From positions 1 to 30,636 of IMG/VR virus record IMGVR_UViG_3300028585_000055: DNA of 30,636 bases. One strand, 5' to 3'. The DNA comes from a virus. Its lineage: Duplodnaviria > Caudoviricetes. Below, piece by piece: positions 7,593 to 15,533 of the stretch (its first letter is position 1; the number at the start of each line of letters is the position of its first letter). The notes beneath the pieces were generated by a model that had not been told where the DNA came from, made no database searches, and saw nothing but the letters and a program-made list of their open reading frames with translations. A program made the translations under genes and the position numbers.

Positions 7593-7951
7593 GTGAACTT
7601 CTCCTTCCTTGGCCGCCGGCCGCGTGCAGCCCTAACCAGCGCGTCCATTGGTCCAAGAAGGCCAAGGCCACGAAGCGGTACCGCGCTGACTGCCATCTGC
7701 TCGCCAAGCAGGCCGGAATCATCGCGCCTGTGGGCGAGCTGCTGGTGAAGATGGAGTTCGTGCCGCCTGATGCTAGGCGTCGCGATCTGGACAATCTGCT
7801 GTCGGCCTGCAAAGGACTTCTCGACGGCATCGCAGACGCGCTGAAGGTAGACGACCGCCATTTCGTCCCTCAGCTGCGCATGAGCAAAGAAACCACGAAG
7901 GGCGGCGCTGTGCGCGTCCGCATTGAAGCATTAGCGGGGGAAGCAGCATGA
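7589..7951 (+). CDS. rusA: RusA-like Holliday junction resolvase
   Basis: LPWPP..SPN, PPDARRRDLDNLL..CKGLLDGIADALKVDD. Confidence 0.85.
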   Translation: MSELLLPWPPAACSPNQRVHWSKKAKATKRYRADCHLLAKQAGIIAPVGELLVKMEFVPPDARRRDLDNLLSACKGLLDGIADALKVDDRHFVPQLRMSKETTKGGAVRVRIEALAGEAA

Positions 7952-8484
7952 ATGAAGTGTCAGTATTGGTTCGAATTCTGTTGGCCGGCTCCGAAGGCAA
8001 GACTGCTTCGGCCGCCTGGGTGGATGCCGATCAGGGGGAGGCTGGCTACGGCGGGCTCAGCAGGCAGGAGCGGTTCGAGCTCGATTGCGAATACCGTAGG
8101 CATCTCCACCAGCACCTGCTGCCACGGCACTGGGACGCGTTGGTGGCACGCTACACGCTTGATCCCGCCGAGAGAGGGCATTGCATCAAGCGATTGAGCA
8201 AGGTCATCGCCACCCACGCACACCCTCATTTCAAGTCGTATGCCGTGATGACTTGGGCAGAACCCCAAAAGCCTGGCCTTGAAGGTAAGCGTTCGAGCGC
8301 CGTGCTCCAGGCAGATATCTACGATATGAACCGCTGGGACGACAACAAGGGCACGCCTGAGCGTACCCGCCGGTACTGGCGCGCCAAGATTCATGAGGCC
8401 CTGAATGGTGTCTTGGACGAAGGCATCCAGAGCGCGGTGGGGCTGCTCCGCAGGCAGGAACTTTTTCCTCAGATGGCAGCTTGA
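7948..8484 (+). CDS. Late-gene antiterminator, Q-like
   Basis: Last gene of the nin operon, immediately followed by a TTGACA promoter; C-terminal GTPERTRRYWR HTH-like segment. Call relies largely on synteny. Confidence 0.65.
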   Translation: MNEVSVLVRILLAGSEGKTASAAWVDADQGEAGYGGLSRQERFELDCEYRRHLHQHLLPRHWDALVARYTLDPAERGHCIKRLSKVIATHAHPHFKSYAVMTWAEPQKPGLEGKRSSAVLQADIYDMNRWDDNKGTPERTRRYWRAKIHEALNGVLDEGIQSAVGLLRRQELFPQMAA

Positions 8485-8520
8485 CATCCTTTGCCGCATT
8501 GCCGAATATATACCCATCCT
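8481..8520 (+). promoter_or_regulatory. Late promoter pR'-like with TTGCCG direct repeat (candidate Q-binding element)
   Basis: TTGACA (8481-8486), 17 bp spacer, GAATAT (8504-8509). TTGCCG occurs at 8491 and 8499 between the hexamers. A -10-like CATCCT lies at 8515-8520. Confidence 0.6.
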
Positions 8521-8577
8521 GTGATTTCTACGCGTCCATGAGGACGGTCGAGTGCCAGGTTGGGTCTGGAGCCTAGA

Positions 8578-9096
8578 ATGACTCAGATCCATAAGATTCA
8601 CTTCCTAGAAACATCCTACCTCCCCAGCATTTGCCAGCGCGCCCGCTGCCTGCGTGACGCCGTTGCCGAAAGCCGATACTGCGCCGGCCACCAGCCAAAA
8701 CCGAAACTCCCTCCGTCCCCCTGGATGGGGAAGTCGGTCGTTTATGTGGTTGGCATGGAAGGTGAGCCCTTCGTCAAGATCGGCTATGCCAGCGAGCTGA
8801 GTGCCCGCATGATCGGCATGCAGGTTGGCTCGCCAAAGCAGTTGATCGTGCACTGCGTGTTTGCGGGGGATGTGAAGCTCGAGTCACGACTCCACCTTGA
8901 AATGGAAAAGCACCACGTTCGCGGCGAGTGGTTCAATCTTGAGCCTGTGAAAGAGCTCTGCCAGAAGCTTGGGGCTGAGCGTTACGCGCGCCTGCGGCTC
9001 AAGCTTGACGCCGTGATCTGCGAGTGGAGCGATGAAGGCTACCCTTGGGATGCCCACGGCCTGCCTAGGAAGAGACGCGGGTTCTCCCGCTTCTGA
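8578..9096 (+). CDS. GIY-YIG family (T5orf172/MUG113-like) nuclease-domain protein
   Basis: VVYVVG....FVKIGYA..L..R...MQVGSP..L...LESRLH......VRGEWF; N-terminal C..ARC...YCAGH cluster; SD GGAG, ATG 8578. Confidence 0.8.
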   Translation: MTQIHKIHFLETSYLPSICQRARCLRDAVAESRYCAGHQPKPKLPPSPWMGKSVVYVVGMEGEPFVKIGYASELSARMIGMQVGSPKQLIVHCVFAGDVKLESRLHLEMEKHHVRGEWFNLEPVKELCQKLGAERYARLRLKLDAVICEWSDEGYPWDAHGLPRKRRGFSRF

Positions 9097-9114
9097 TGAA
9101 ATAAAACACACCAG

Positions 9115-9146
9115 AACCCGGCCATTGCGAGCCGGGTTTTTCGTTT
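9115..9146 (+). terminator. Intrinsic terminator (tR'-like)
   Basis: AACCCGGC-CATTGCGA-GCCGGGTT followed by TTTCGTTT. Confidence 0.85.
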
Positions 9147-9229
9147 CTGCGCCGCACACATTCAGCGCTCCATGAGGGCCTCAAAAGTCACCAGCGGGCC
9201 AGAGGCACCACAGCAGACGAGGACAGCAC

Positions 9230-9535
9230 GTGGCCTATTACCTCGCGTTGGCCCTCGCCTGGAGCCAGTTCGGCCTGCTCGGCATGATGGGCGGCGTGGT
9301 CAGCTACTTCTACCCGCCATCCACCGAGATGCGGTTCTCCTACAAGCTCTTCATCTCCAAGCTGGTTATTTCCTTCTTCATCGGAAAGGTAGCGGGCGAA
9401 TTCATAGACCCGACGAACCAGTACAAATCTGGCTACACAATGCTTCTGGGGTTCTTCGCCTACCCGGTTCTTGGAGTACTTGAAACCAAAGTTAAGGCCT
9501 GGGTGGAAAACTTCACACCACCTGGAACGCGATGA
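9230..9535 (+). CDS. Probable holin (about 3 hydrophobic segments)
   Basis: SD GAGGA, GTG start; hydrophobic stretches FGLLGMMGGVVSYF, LFISKLVISFFIG and YTMLLGFFAYPVLGVL; first gene after tR'. Confidence 0.6.
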   Translation: MAYYLALALAWSQFGLLGMMGGVVSYFYPPSTEMRFSYKLFISKLVISFFIGKVAGEFIDPTNQYKSGYTMLLGFFAYPVLGVLETKVKAWVENFTPPGTR

Positions 9536-9861
9536 TGCTACTGATCTCCTTGGGCGCCGTAGTGGCCTACCTGCTTGTGTTGATCCGCTGCGTAGTATTC
9601 GCACTTGATCCGAAGGACCGACGACAGTCCGACAATGCAGAGGTGGGGTACATCCTGTGCTCCTCCCTGCTGCTCCTAATTTCCTACGCTTGCCTGTGGG
9701 TTTTCGAACCATGGAAGCTGACCAATAACAGCACATACAGCGCTATGTTCGTAGGCTTCACCATCTTCAACGCCGCGTACTTCTTCCGTCGGGTGGGCGC
9801 TCTGATCATATGGCGCGACCGCAGGAGAGGCGTGCGCCGCGTTCGGGAGGCACACGAATGA
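9532..9861 (+). CDS. Small multi-pass membrane protein (holin/antiholin candidate)
   Basis: Three hydrophobic helices and a strongly basic C-tail (WRDRRRGVRRVRE); ATGA-coupled. Confidence 0.55.
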   Translation: MMLLISLGAVVAYLLVLIRCVVFALDPKDRRQSDNAEVGYILCSSLLLLISYACLWVFEPWKLTNNSTYSAMFVGFTIFNAAYFFRRVGALIIWRDRRRGVRRVREAHE

Positions 9862-10109
9862 CCCACGCCAAGAGGGCAATGCGCTGGATGCTGGCGGCTC
9901 CGATCGTCTTCATTGTGGGGAATGGCCTGGGCTACATCGGGCGCACCTACGAATGCCGCACAGACCGGATACGCATCTATGTAGCCGCCCCAGGGTATGA
10001 ATCCCCGCGGGACGAGCTTCCCAAGAAGCTGTACGCCATGAACGTGACCCGCTGTACCCTGCCCGAGCAATGGGGCGGGGATCGCGAGCCGCTTGAGGGA
10101 TACCCATGA
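9858..10109 (+). CDS. Single-pass membrane protein of unknown function
   Basis: SD GGAGG, ATG 9858; MTHAKRAMRWMLAAPIVFIVGNGLGYIG then a soluble region with two Cys. Confidence 0.55.
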   Translation: MTHAKRAMRWMLAAPIVFIVGNGLGYIGRTYECRTDRIRIYVAAPGYESPRDELPKKLYAMNVTRCTLPEQWGGDREPLEGYP

Positions 10110-10357
10110 AGCTGATCCTGAAACGGATAGATCGCCAGCTGGACGTGACTGCTATCGGTGACGATGCGCCGCGGTACCTCCCGGGCTACCAGACTGAGGC
10201 GGGCCCATTTGCTCTGCACACCGAGGCGGGAGAGATCCTGCCCTGCCAGGTGCGCACGACAATGACCAGTCCCAATGGCTGGGAGCCTGTCGAGCTGACC
10301 GTGGTGTTCCGCGTCGACGGCAAGCAGGTCGCAGTAGCGGGCGACGAGAAAGCATAA
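10106..10357 (+). CDS. Hypothetical protein
   Basis: SD GAGGG, ATGA overlap; 83 aa. Confidence 0.6.
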   Translation: MKLILKRIDRQLDVTAIGDDAPRYLPGYQTEAGPFALHTEAGEILPCQVRTTMTSPNGWEPVELTVVFRVDGKQVAVAGDEKA

Positions 10358-10359
10358 GC

Positions 10360-10393
10360 GCGCCACAAATTCAGATACGGCAAATCGTGGCGC
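10360..10393. repeat. Imperfect inverted repeat between convergent genes
   Basis: GCGCCACAAATT ... AAATCGTGGCGC (10/12 complementary); no U-tract. Confidence 0.45.
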
Positions 10394-10411
10394 ACGCGTG
10401 AAGTGAGCTGG

Positions 10412-10597
10412 TCAGGCTTTGTCTTCAGCGTTAAGGGCATCGCAGACACCCTGAGCGCTTGCAAGATCTTCAAACGCGCTCGGATGAGGTGCCTTTTCTG
10501 GATTGCGTCGATCAACGATCCGATAAAGCACCGCCCCGGAAGGGACTCCCTGCGCGTTGATCGGGTACGTATTTATCACGTGATATCTCAATTCCAT
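10412..10597 (-). CDS. Antisense-oriented small hypothetical protein (moron)
   Basis: SD-like AAGGT then ATG at 10597; MELRYHVINTYPINAQGVPSGAVLYRIVDRRNPEKAPHPSAFEDLASAQGVCDALNAEDKA; fills the gap before terS. Confidence 0.55.
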   Translation of the reverse strand: MELRYHVINTYPINAQGVPSGAVLYRIVDRRNPEKAPHPSAFEDLASAQGVCDALNAEDKA

Positions 10598-10694
10598 GCT
10601 CGCGACCTTTTGTGGGTGGGGCATACCAATACCGGCAACTACTTGCTGATTCAATACCTCATTAAGCGAGGCAGTACCGTCTCAAGGACTCCAT

Positions 10695-11315
10695 ATGGCG
10701 CTGACAGCAAAACAGCAGCGCTTCGTCGACGAATACCTGGTTGACCTCAATGCCACGCAAGCCGCAATCCGCGCGGGTTACAGTCAAAAAACGGCAAACG
10801 AGCAAGGGGCCAGGCTGTTAGCAAATGTTAGTGTCAAGGAAGCCGTTGCGCGAGGCATGAACGAGCGTTCCGGGCGGGTCGGTATTACCCAGGACATGGT
10901 GCTGCGTGAGCTCGCCAAGATCGGGTTCAGCGACATACGCAAGGTCGTCCGCTGGGGCGAGACCATGGTGCGTATGGCGGATGGTGACGAAGGCGAAGCA
11001 GACGACATGGTTCCCTACCATGGCCTGTCACTCATCGACGCTGACGAAATCGACGACAACACCGCCGCGGCGATTGCCGAGGTATCCCAGGGCCGCGATG
11101 GCTTGAAGGTGAAGCTGCACGACAAAAAGGGCGCTCTGGTTGATATCGGCCGGCACCTGGGCATGTTCGCGGCACCTGGTCATATCGAGCTCGATGCCGA
11201 GCTGAAGCGTCTCGAAATCCAGAAGCGCAAGGCCGAGATCGCGGCCATCGAGAAGGGTGGCGGAGAAAGCAACGCCAAGCTGCTTGCTGACCTGATCGCG
11301 AGGCTGCCCTCATGA
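10695..11315 (+). CDS. terS: Terminase small subunit
   Basis: LTAKQQRFVDEYLVDLNATQAAIRAGYS..TA...G.RLL; KVKLHDKKGAL..IGRHLGMF (Terminase_2 type). Confidence 0.95.
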   Translation: MALTAKQQRFVDEYLVDLNATQAAIRAGYSQKTANEQGARLLANVSVKEAVARGMNERSGRVGITQDMVLRELAKIGFSDIRKVVRWGETMVRMADGDEGEADDMVPYHGLSLIDADEIDDNTAAAIAEVSQGRDGLKVKLHDKKGALVDIGRHLGMFAAPGHIELDAELKRLEIQKRKAEIAAIEKGGGESNAKLLADLIARLPS

Positions 11316-12631
11316 ATACCGGCAACTTGATGCTCGATCGCCAGCTGTCGCGCTGGTACGCACTCAAGGATCATCCTGTACAGCTTGACCTTATCGCGGC
11401 CGTTCCCAACGGTATCCGGTTCCCGCTGGTGCCAGCAGGGCGCCGGAGCGGTAAGACCGAGCGGTTCAAACGCTTTCTGGTGAAGCAGGCAACGGCCTAT
11501 GCCGGACCTTACTTCGCCGCAGCCCCGACGCATGCGCAGGCAAAGAAGATCTTCTGGGATGACCTCAAGGCATTCACGCTGTCCTGCATGCATAGTCGGC
11601 GGCCGTCCGAATCCGACCTGATCATCTACCTCGAAAACGGTAGCGAGATCCATGTGATCGGCCTGGACAAGCCGCAGCGTATCGAGGGCATCCCCTGGAC
11701 GGGCGGCGGCATAGACGAATTCGCCGATATCAAGCCTGACGCATGGGAGGCCAACATCCTCCCTGCGCTGAACACCGTTAACCCGACCATGCCTGATTAC
11801 CGGGCGTGGTGTTGGTTGTTGGGTGTGCCGGATGGTCTGAATCACTACTACGACCTGTGCATGCAGGCGGAAACCGGGCAGGACCCGAACTTCAAGGTCT
11901 TCCACTGGAAGTCAGCAGAGATCCTGCCGCCGGACGTGATGGACGCCATGAAGCGCGCCATGTCGGCCAAGCAGTTCAAGCAGGAGTTCGAAGCCAGCTT
12001 TGAAACAGCTTCAGGCCGCATCTATGAGGATTACAGCAAGGCCAACGCTACCGATGCCGTAATCGAGCCGCACGAACAGCTCATGTGGATGCACGACCAG
12101 AACTTCACGCCGCTCTCGTCGGCTATTGGGGTGCGCCGTAATAACGGAAAGGATTTGTACCTGCTCGATGAGATCGTGCTGACCAGTGCCATCTCGCGCC
12201 AGGCAGCGCTTGAGTTCGTGGAGAAGTACAAGGACCACCGCAACAAACACGTGCTGATCTATGGCGACCCGGCCGGCAAGGCAGGGGAGAAGCATGGTCA
12301 CGCCTCGGACTATACCGACATCGAGGCGGTGCTGAAGGATCACGGCTGGCGTTACACGCGCAAGGTGAAGCCTGCCCACCCTGCCATCAAGGATCGGCAG
12401 AACGCAGTGCGGGCAAAGATCCTGACTGCTGCTGGAGAGGTGAGCCTCTACGTAAACCCTGTCACCGCCCCTTGGTGCCACAAGGGTCTGGCCACGGTAC
12501 AGCTCCAGGAGGGATCGACCTTCCAGGAAGACCAGCGCAACCAGTACCAGCACATCACAACCGCGATCGGCTACTGCGTCGACGTTGAATGGCCTGCGAA
12601 GGGTCGCTTCTCTTATTCGGGCGTTTCCTAA
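11312..12631 (+). CDS. terL: Terminase large subunit
   Basis: Walker A AGRRSGKT, AAPTHAQAK, Walker B GIDEFAD, FKQEFEASF, YGDPAG. Confidence 0.92.
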   Translation: MNTGNLMLDRQLSRWYALKDHPVQLDLIAAVPNGIRFPLVPAGRRSGKTERFKRFLVKQATAYAGPYFAAAPTHAQAKKIFWDDLKAFTLSCMHSRRPSESDLIIYLENGSEIHVIGLDKPQRIEGIPWTGGGIDEFADIKPDAWEANILPALNTVNPTMPDYRAWCWLLGVPDGLNHYYDLCMQAETGQDPNFKVFHWKSAEILPPDVMDAMKRAMSAKQFKQEFEASFETASGRIYEDYSKANATDAVIEPHEQLMWMHDQNFTPLSSAIGVRRNNGKDLYLLDEIVLTSAISRQAALEFVEKYKDHRNKHVLIYGDPAGKAGEKHGHASDYTDIEAVLKDHGWRYTRKVKPAHPAIKDRQNAVRAKILTAAGEVSLYVNPVTAPWCHKGLATVQLQEGSTFQEDQRNQYQHITTAIGYCVDVEWPAKGRFSYSGVS

Positions 12632-13968
12632 TGGGCGTTATCACCTACATCGGCGACAAGCTGGTCAATCTTGTGGCCAACCTGGGCACCGAGCGCGACA
12701 AGTCGACGGCGTCAGGCTACCTGTTCGTGCCCAAGACCGAAGCAGAGCTGATGGCCGCGTATCGTGGTTCATGGCTCCCACGCAAGATCGTCGACATCCC
12801 TGCCATGGATGCGTGCCGCCGCTGGCGTGGATGGCAGGCGACCAAGGAACAGATTCAGCGAATCGAGGCTGAGGAAAAGCGACTGGGCGTGCAGGGGAAG
12901 GTCAGGACGGCAATGGCTCGGGCACGTCTGTTTGGCGGCGCTGCCATATTCATTGGTACCGGCGAGCGCAATACCGCCAGCCCGCTGAACGCCGCGGCAC
13001 TCGACCTCGCCGGGATCAAGTACCTCACGGTGCTGAACCGTCGACAGCTTACGCCGACCGAAATTGAGCAGGACCCCCAGTCGGACCTGTTCGGCAAACC
13101 CAAGGCCTACCGCCTGGCTAACTCGCAGATCGACGTGCATCCATCGCGGCTCGTCATCTTCAATGGCGCTGAGCTGCCTGATCCAGAACTGGCCACCGGC
13201 ACCGAATGCGGCTGGGGTGACTCGGTGCTCGAGGCTGTAATGGAGGCCATCAAACAGTCAGACAGCACCATGGCCAACGTCGCCAGTATGGTGTTCGAGG
13301 CGAAGGTCGATGTGATCCGGGTTCCTGACCTGATGAACAACCTGCAGGACAAGGCATACGAGACACGGCTTCTCGAACGTTTCCGGCTCGCAGCCACAGG
13401 TAAGGGGATCAATGGCACGCTGATCCTGGACAAGGAAGAAGAGTACGAGGCCAAGAGCGCGAGCTTCGGCACGCTGCCCGACATTATCGACCGGTTCCTT
13501 CAGGTGGTTTCCGGCGCAGCGGATATTCCCGCTACGCGCCTGCTGAGCCAGGCCCCGGCCGGGATGAACTCGACGGGTGATTCGGACCTGCGCAACTACT
13601 ACGACCGCATCCAGTCCAGCCAGGAGCTGGATATGCGCCCTGCCTTGACCGTGCTGGACGAGTGCCTGATTCGTTCCGCGCTGGGGAGCCGGCCAGCGGA
13701 GATCCACTACGTCTGGAACCCGCTCTGGCAGGTGACCGCCACGGAGAAGGCCACCATCGGCAAGACGCTGGCCGACACGATCAAAACGCTCAAGGACACC
13801 GCGCTCTTCCCCGAAGAAGCATTGTCTGCAGCCTCGGTCACTTCCCTGGTTGAGGGTAGCGTGCTGCCCGGGCTCGAGGCAGCGATCGCCAAGTACGGCA
13901 CTGAATTGCCGGATGAAGGGGAGGGCGACGACCCTGCCGGCCAGCAGGGCGATAATCCGCCCGCCTGA
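12631..13968 (+). CDS. Portal protein (DUF1073 type)
   Basis: Follows terL; AAYRGSWLPRKIVDIPAMDACR, ARLFGGAAI, GAADIPATRLL.QAPAGMNSTGDSDLRNYYD. Confidence 0.88.
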   Translation: MGVITYIGDKLVNLVANLGTERDKSTASGYLFVPKTEAELMAAYRGSWLPRKIVDIPAMDACRRWRGWQATKEQIQRIEAEEKRLGVQGKVRTAMARARLFGGAAIFIGTGERNTASPLNAAALDLAGIKYLTVLNRRQLTPTEIEQDPQSDLFGKPKAYRLANSQIDVHPSRLVIFNGAELPDPELATGTECGWGDSVLEAVMEAIKQSDSTMANVASMVFEAKVDVIRVPDLMNNLQDKAYETRLLERFRLAATGKGINGTLILDKEEEYEAKSASFGTLPDIIDRFLQVVSGAADIPATRLLSQAPAGMNSTGDSDLRNYYDRIQSSQELDMRPALTVLDECLIRSALGSRPAEIHYVWNPLWQVTATEKATIGKTLADTIKTLKDTALFPEEALSAASVTSLVEGSVLPGLEAAIAKYGTELPDEGEGDDPAGQQGDNPPA

Positions 13969-13976
13969 GGACACCC

Positions 13977-15083
13977 ATGAAAATCACTGATTCCGTTCAA
14001 CTCGGCGACATCCGGCTGAGCGATACCGGCTACCTCGAAACCTTTGCCCGGACAGCCCGTACAGGCATCCAGCAGTACCTTGGCGCCGAAGTAGGGCGAC
14101 CTGACCTAGGGATTGTGAACGTCTACCGCGACGAAGCGGAGGTGTTCTCGAAAGCCTCCCTGCAGACCTTCTCGAAGATCCCTGTCACCAATGACCACCC
14201 AGGCCAGCCGGTCACTGCGGACAACTGGAAGGACGTTGCCGTCGGCACCACCGGCGACGACGTTCTGCGTGACGGCGAGTACCTGAAGATCGGCCTGAAT
14301 ATCACCGATGCCTCGGCAGTGAAGGCCGTACAAAGCGGCAAGCGCGAGCTGAGCGTCGGCTACAGCTGCGAGCTGGTATGGGCAGATGGCGTAGCGCCCG
14401 ACGGTACCGCCTACCAAGCCAAGCAAACCCAAATCACGGCCGACCACATTGCCATCGTCCAGCGTGGCCGCGCCGGCAGCCGGGCCTGCATTGGCGACGC
14501 CTGGCCACAAAACACCCCAACCCCAGAGGAAAGACCCATGACCCTGAAGACGGTTACCGTCGACGGCATCCCGGTTGAAGTAACCGACCAGGGCGCCATT
14601 GTCATTGCCACCCTGCAACAGCGTCTGACGGATGCCGGGCAGAAACTGACCGCAGCTGAGACCGCACACACCCAGGCACTTGCCGCCAAGGACGCTGAGC
14701 TGGCGAAGAAAGACGCCGCTCTTGACGACCTCAAGGCCAAGCAGCTGACTGACGCTCAGATCGATGAGCGCGTGAAGGCCCGCGGCGACCTGATTGCCGA
14801 CGCCAAAGCGATCCACGACGCGGACTACGCCGGGAAGAGCGATGCCGAAATCCGCAAGGCCGTGGTAGTCGCCAAGCTCGGTGATGCTGCCATCGCCGGA
14901 AAGACCGAGGCGTACATCGACGCGCGCTTCGACATCCTGCGCGACGAAGCCATGAAAGACCCTGTACGCCAGCATTTGAGCAGCAGGGATGGTAAGCCGC
15001 AGAACGTTCACGACAACGGCCAAGCCGCCTATGAGCAGCGTCAGGCCAACGCCTGGAAACAGCAATCGACGCAGGGGGCCTAA
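13977..15083 (+). CDS. Prohead protease/scaffold (DUF2213 type)
   Basis: ARTGIQQY, PVTNDHP, RELSVGY, DHIAIVQRGRAG, then a coiled-coil C-terminal half. Confidence 0.85.
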   Translation: MKITDSVQLGDIRLSDTGYLETFARTARTGIQQYLGAEVGRPDLGIVNVYRDEAEVFSKASLQTFSKIPVTNDHPGQPVTADNWKDVAVGTTGDDVLRDGEYLKIGLNITDASAVKAVQSGKRELSVGYSCELVWADGVAPDGTAYQAKQTQITADHIAIVQRGRAGSRACIGDAWPQNTPTPEERPMTLKTVTVDGIPVEVTDQGAIVIATLQQRLTDAGQKLTAAETAHTQALAAKDAELAKKDAALDDLKAKQLTDAQIDERVKARGDLIADAKAIHDADYAGKSDAEIRKAVVVAKLGDAAIAGKTEAYIDARFDILRDEAMKDPVRQHLSSRDGKPQNVHDNGQAAYEQRQANAWKQQSTQGA

Positions 15084-15086
15084 GCC

Positions 15087-15521
15087 ATGCCAGCCATTCA
15101 GACCAGCTACACCGTCAACATCCCCGGCAAGAAGGCCGGCCATATCCCGGACATGACCGACGCGGACCTGATCTCGCGCAATGTCGAGACCGCAGGCGGT
15201 ATTGGCTTTGGTGTTGCCGTTGCCCAGGGCGCAGATGACAAGGGCTGCATCGTGTTCGCTGGTACCGGCTTCCTCGGTGTCACCACTCGAGACCGCTCGG
15301 TGCTGGTGGGCGAGCGCTACAGCCAGTACGAATCCGCGCGAATCCTGCGCAAGGGCCCGATCACCGTGCTTGCCGACGTGGCTGTCGTCGCCGGTGACGC
15401 CGTGGCCCTGACCGCTGCAGGCGCATTCACCAACGTGGCCACCGGGAACACCGTGGTCCCCAATGCACGCTGGGAGACGGCTGCCGCAGCCGGGGCCCTG
15501 GCGAACATCTTCATCAAGTAA
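15087..15521 (+). CDS. Capsid decoration/cement protein
   Basis: Ala/Gly/Val-rich beta protein between protease and major capsid genes. Confidence 0.7.
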   Translation: MPAIQTSYTVNIPGKKAGHIPDMTDADLISRNVETAGGIGFGVAVAQGADDKGCIVFAGTGFLGVTTRDRSVLVGERYSQYESARILRKGPITVLADVAVVAGDAVALTAAGAFTNVATGNTVVPNARWETAAAAGALANIFIK

Positions 15522-15533
15522 GGAGCGTCAAGC

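Noticed and set aside
9093-9120. CTGATGA resembling a hammerhead ribozyme core
   Set aside because: No stem II or GAAA partner; it is just tandem stop codons.
9172-9483. Alternative + frame ORF (103 aa) overlapping the holin
   Set aside because: No clear SD and shadow-like composition; the GTG 9230 frame has an SD, TM segments and coupling to the next gene.
12631-13968. Possible 'anti-CBASS Acb1' label that pipelines attach to DUF1073 proteins
   Set aside because: Position after terL and motifs indicate the portal; no paired HxT 2H-phosphoesterase domain is present.
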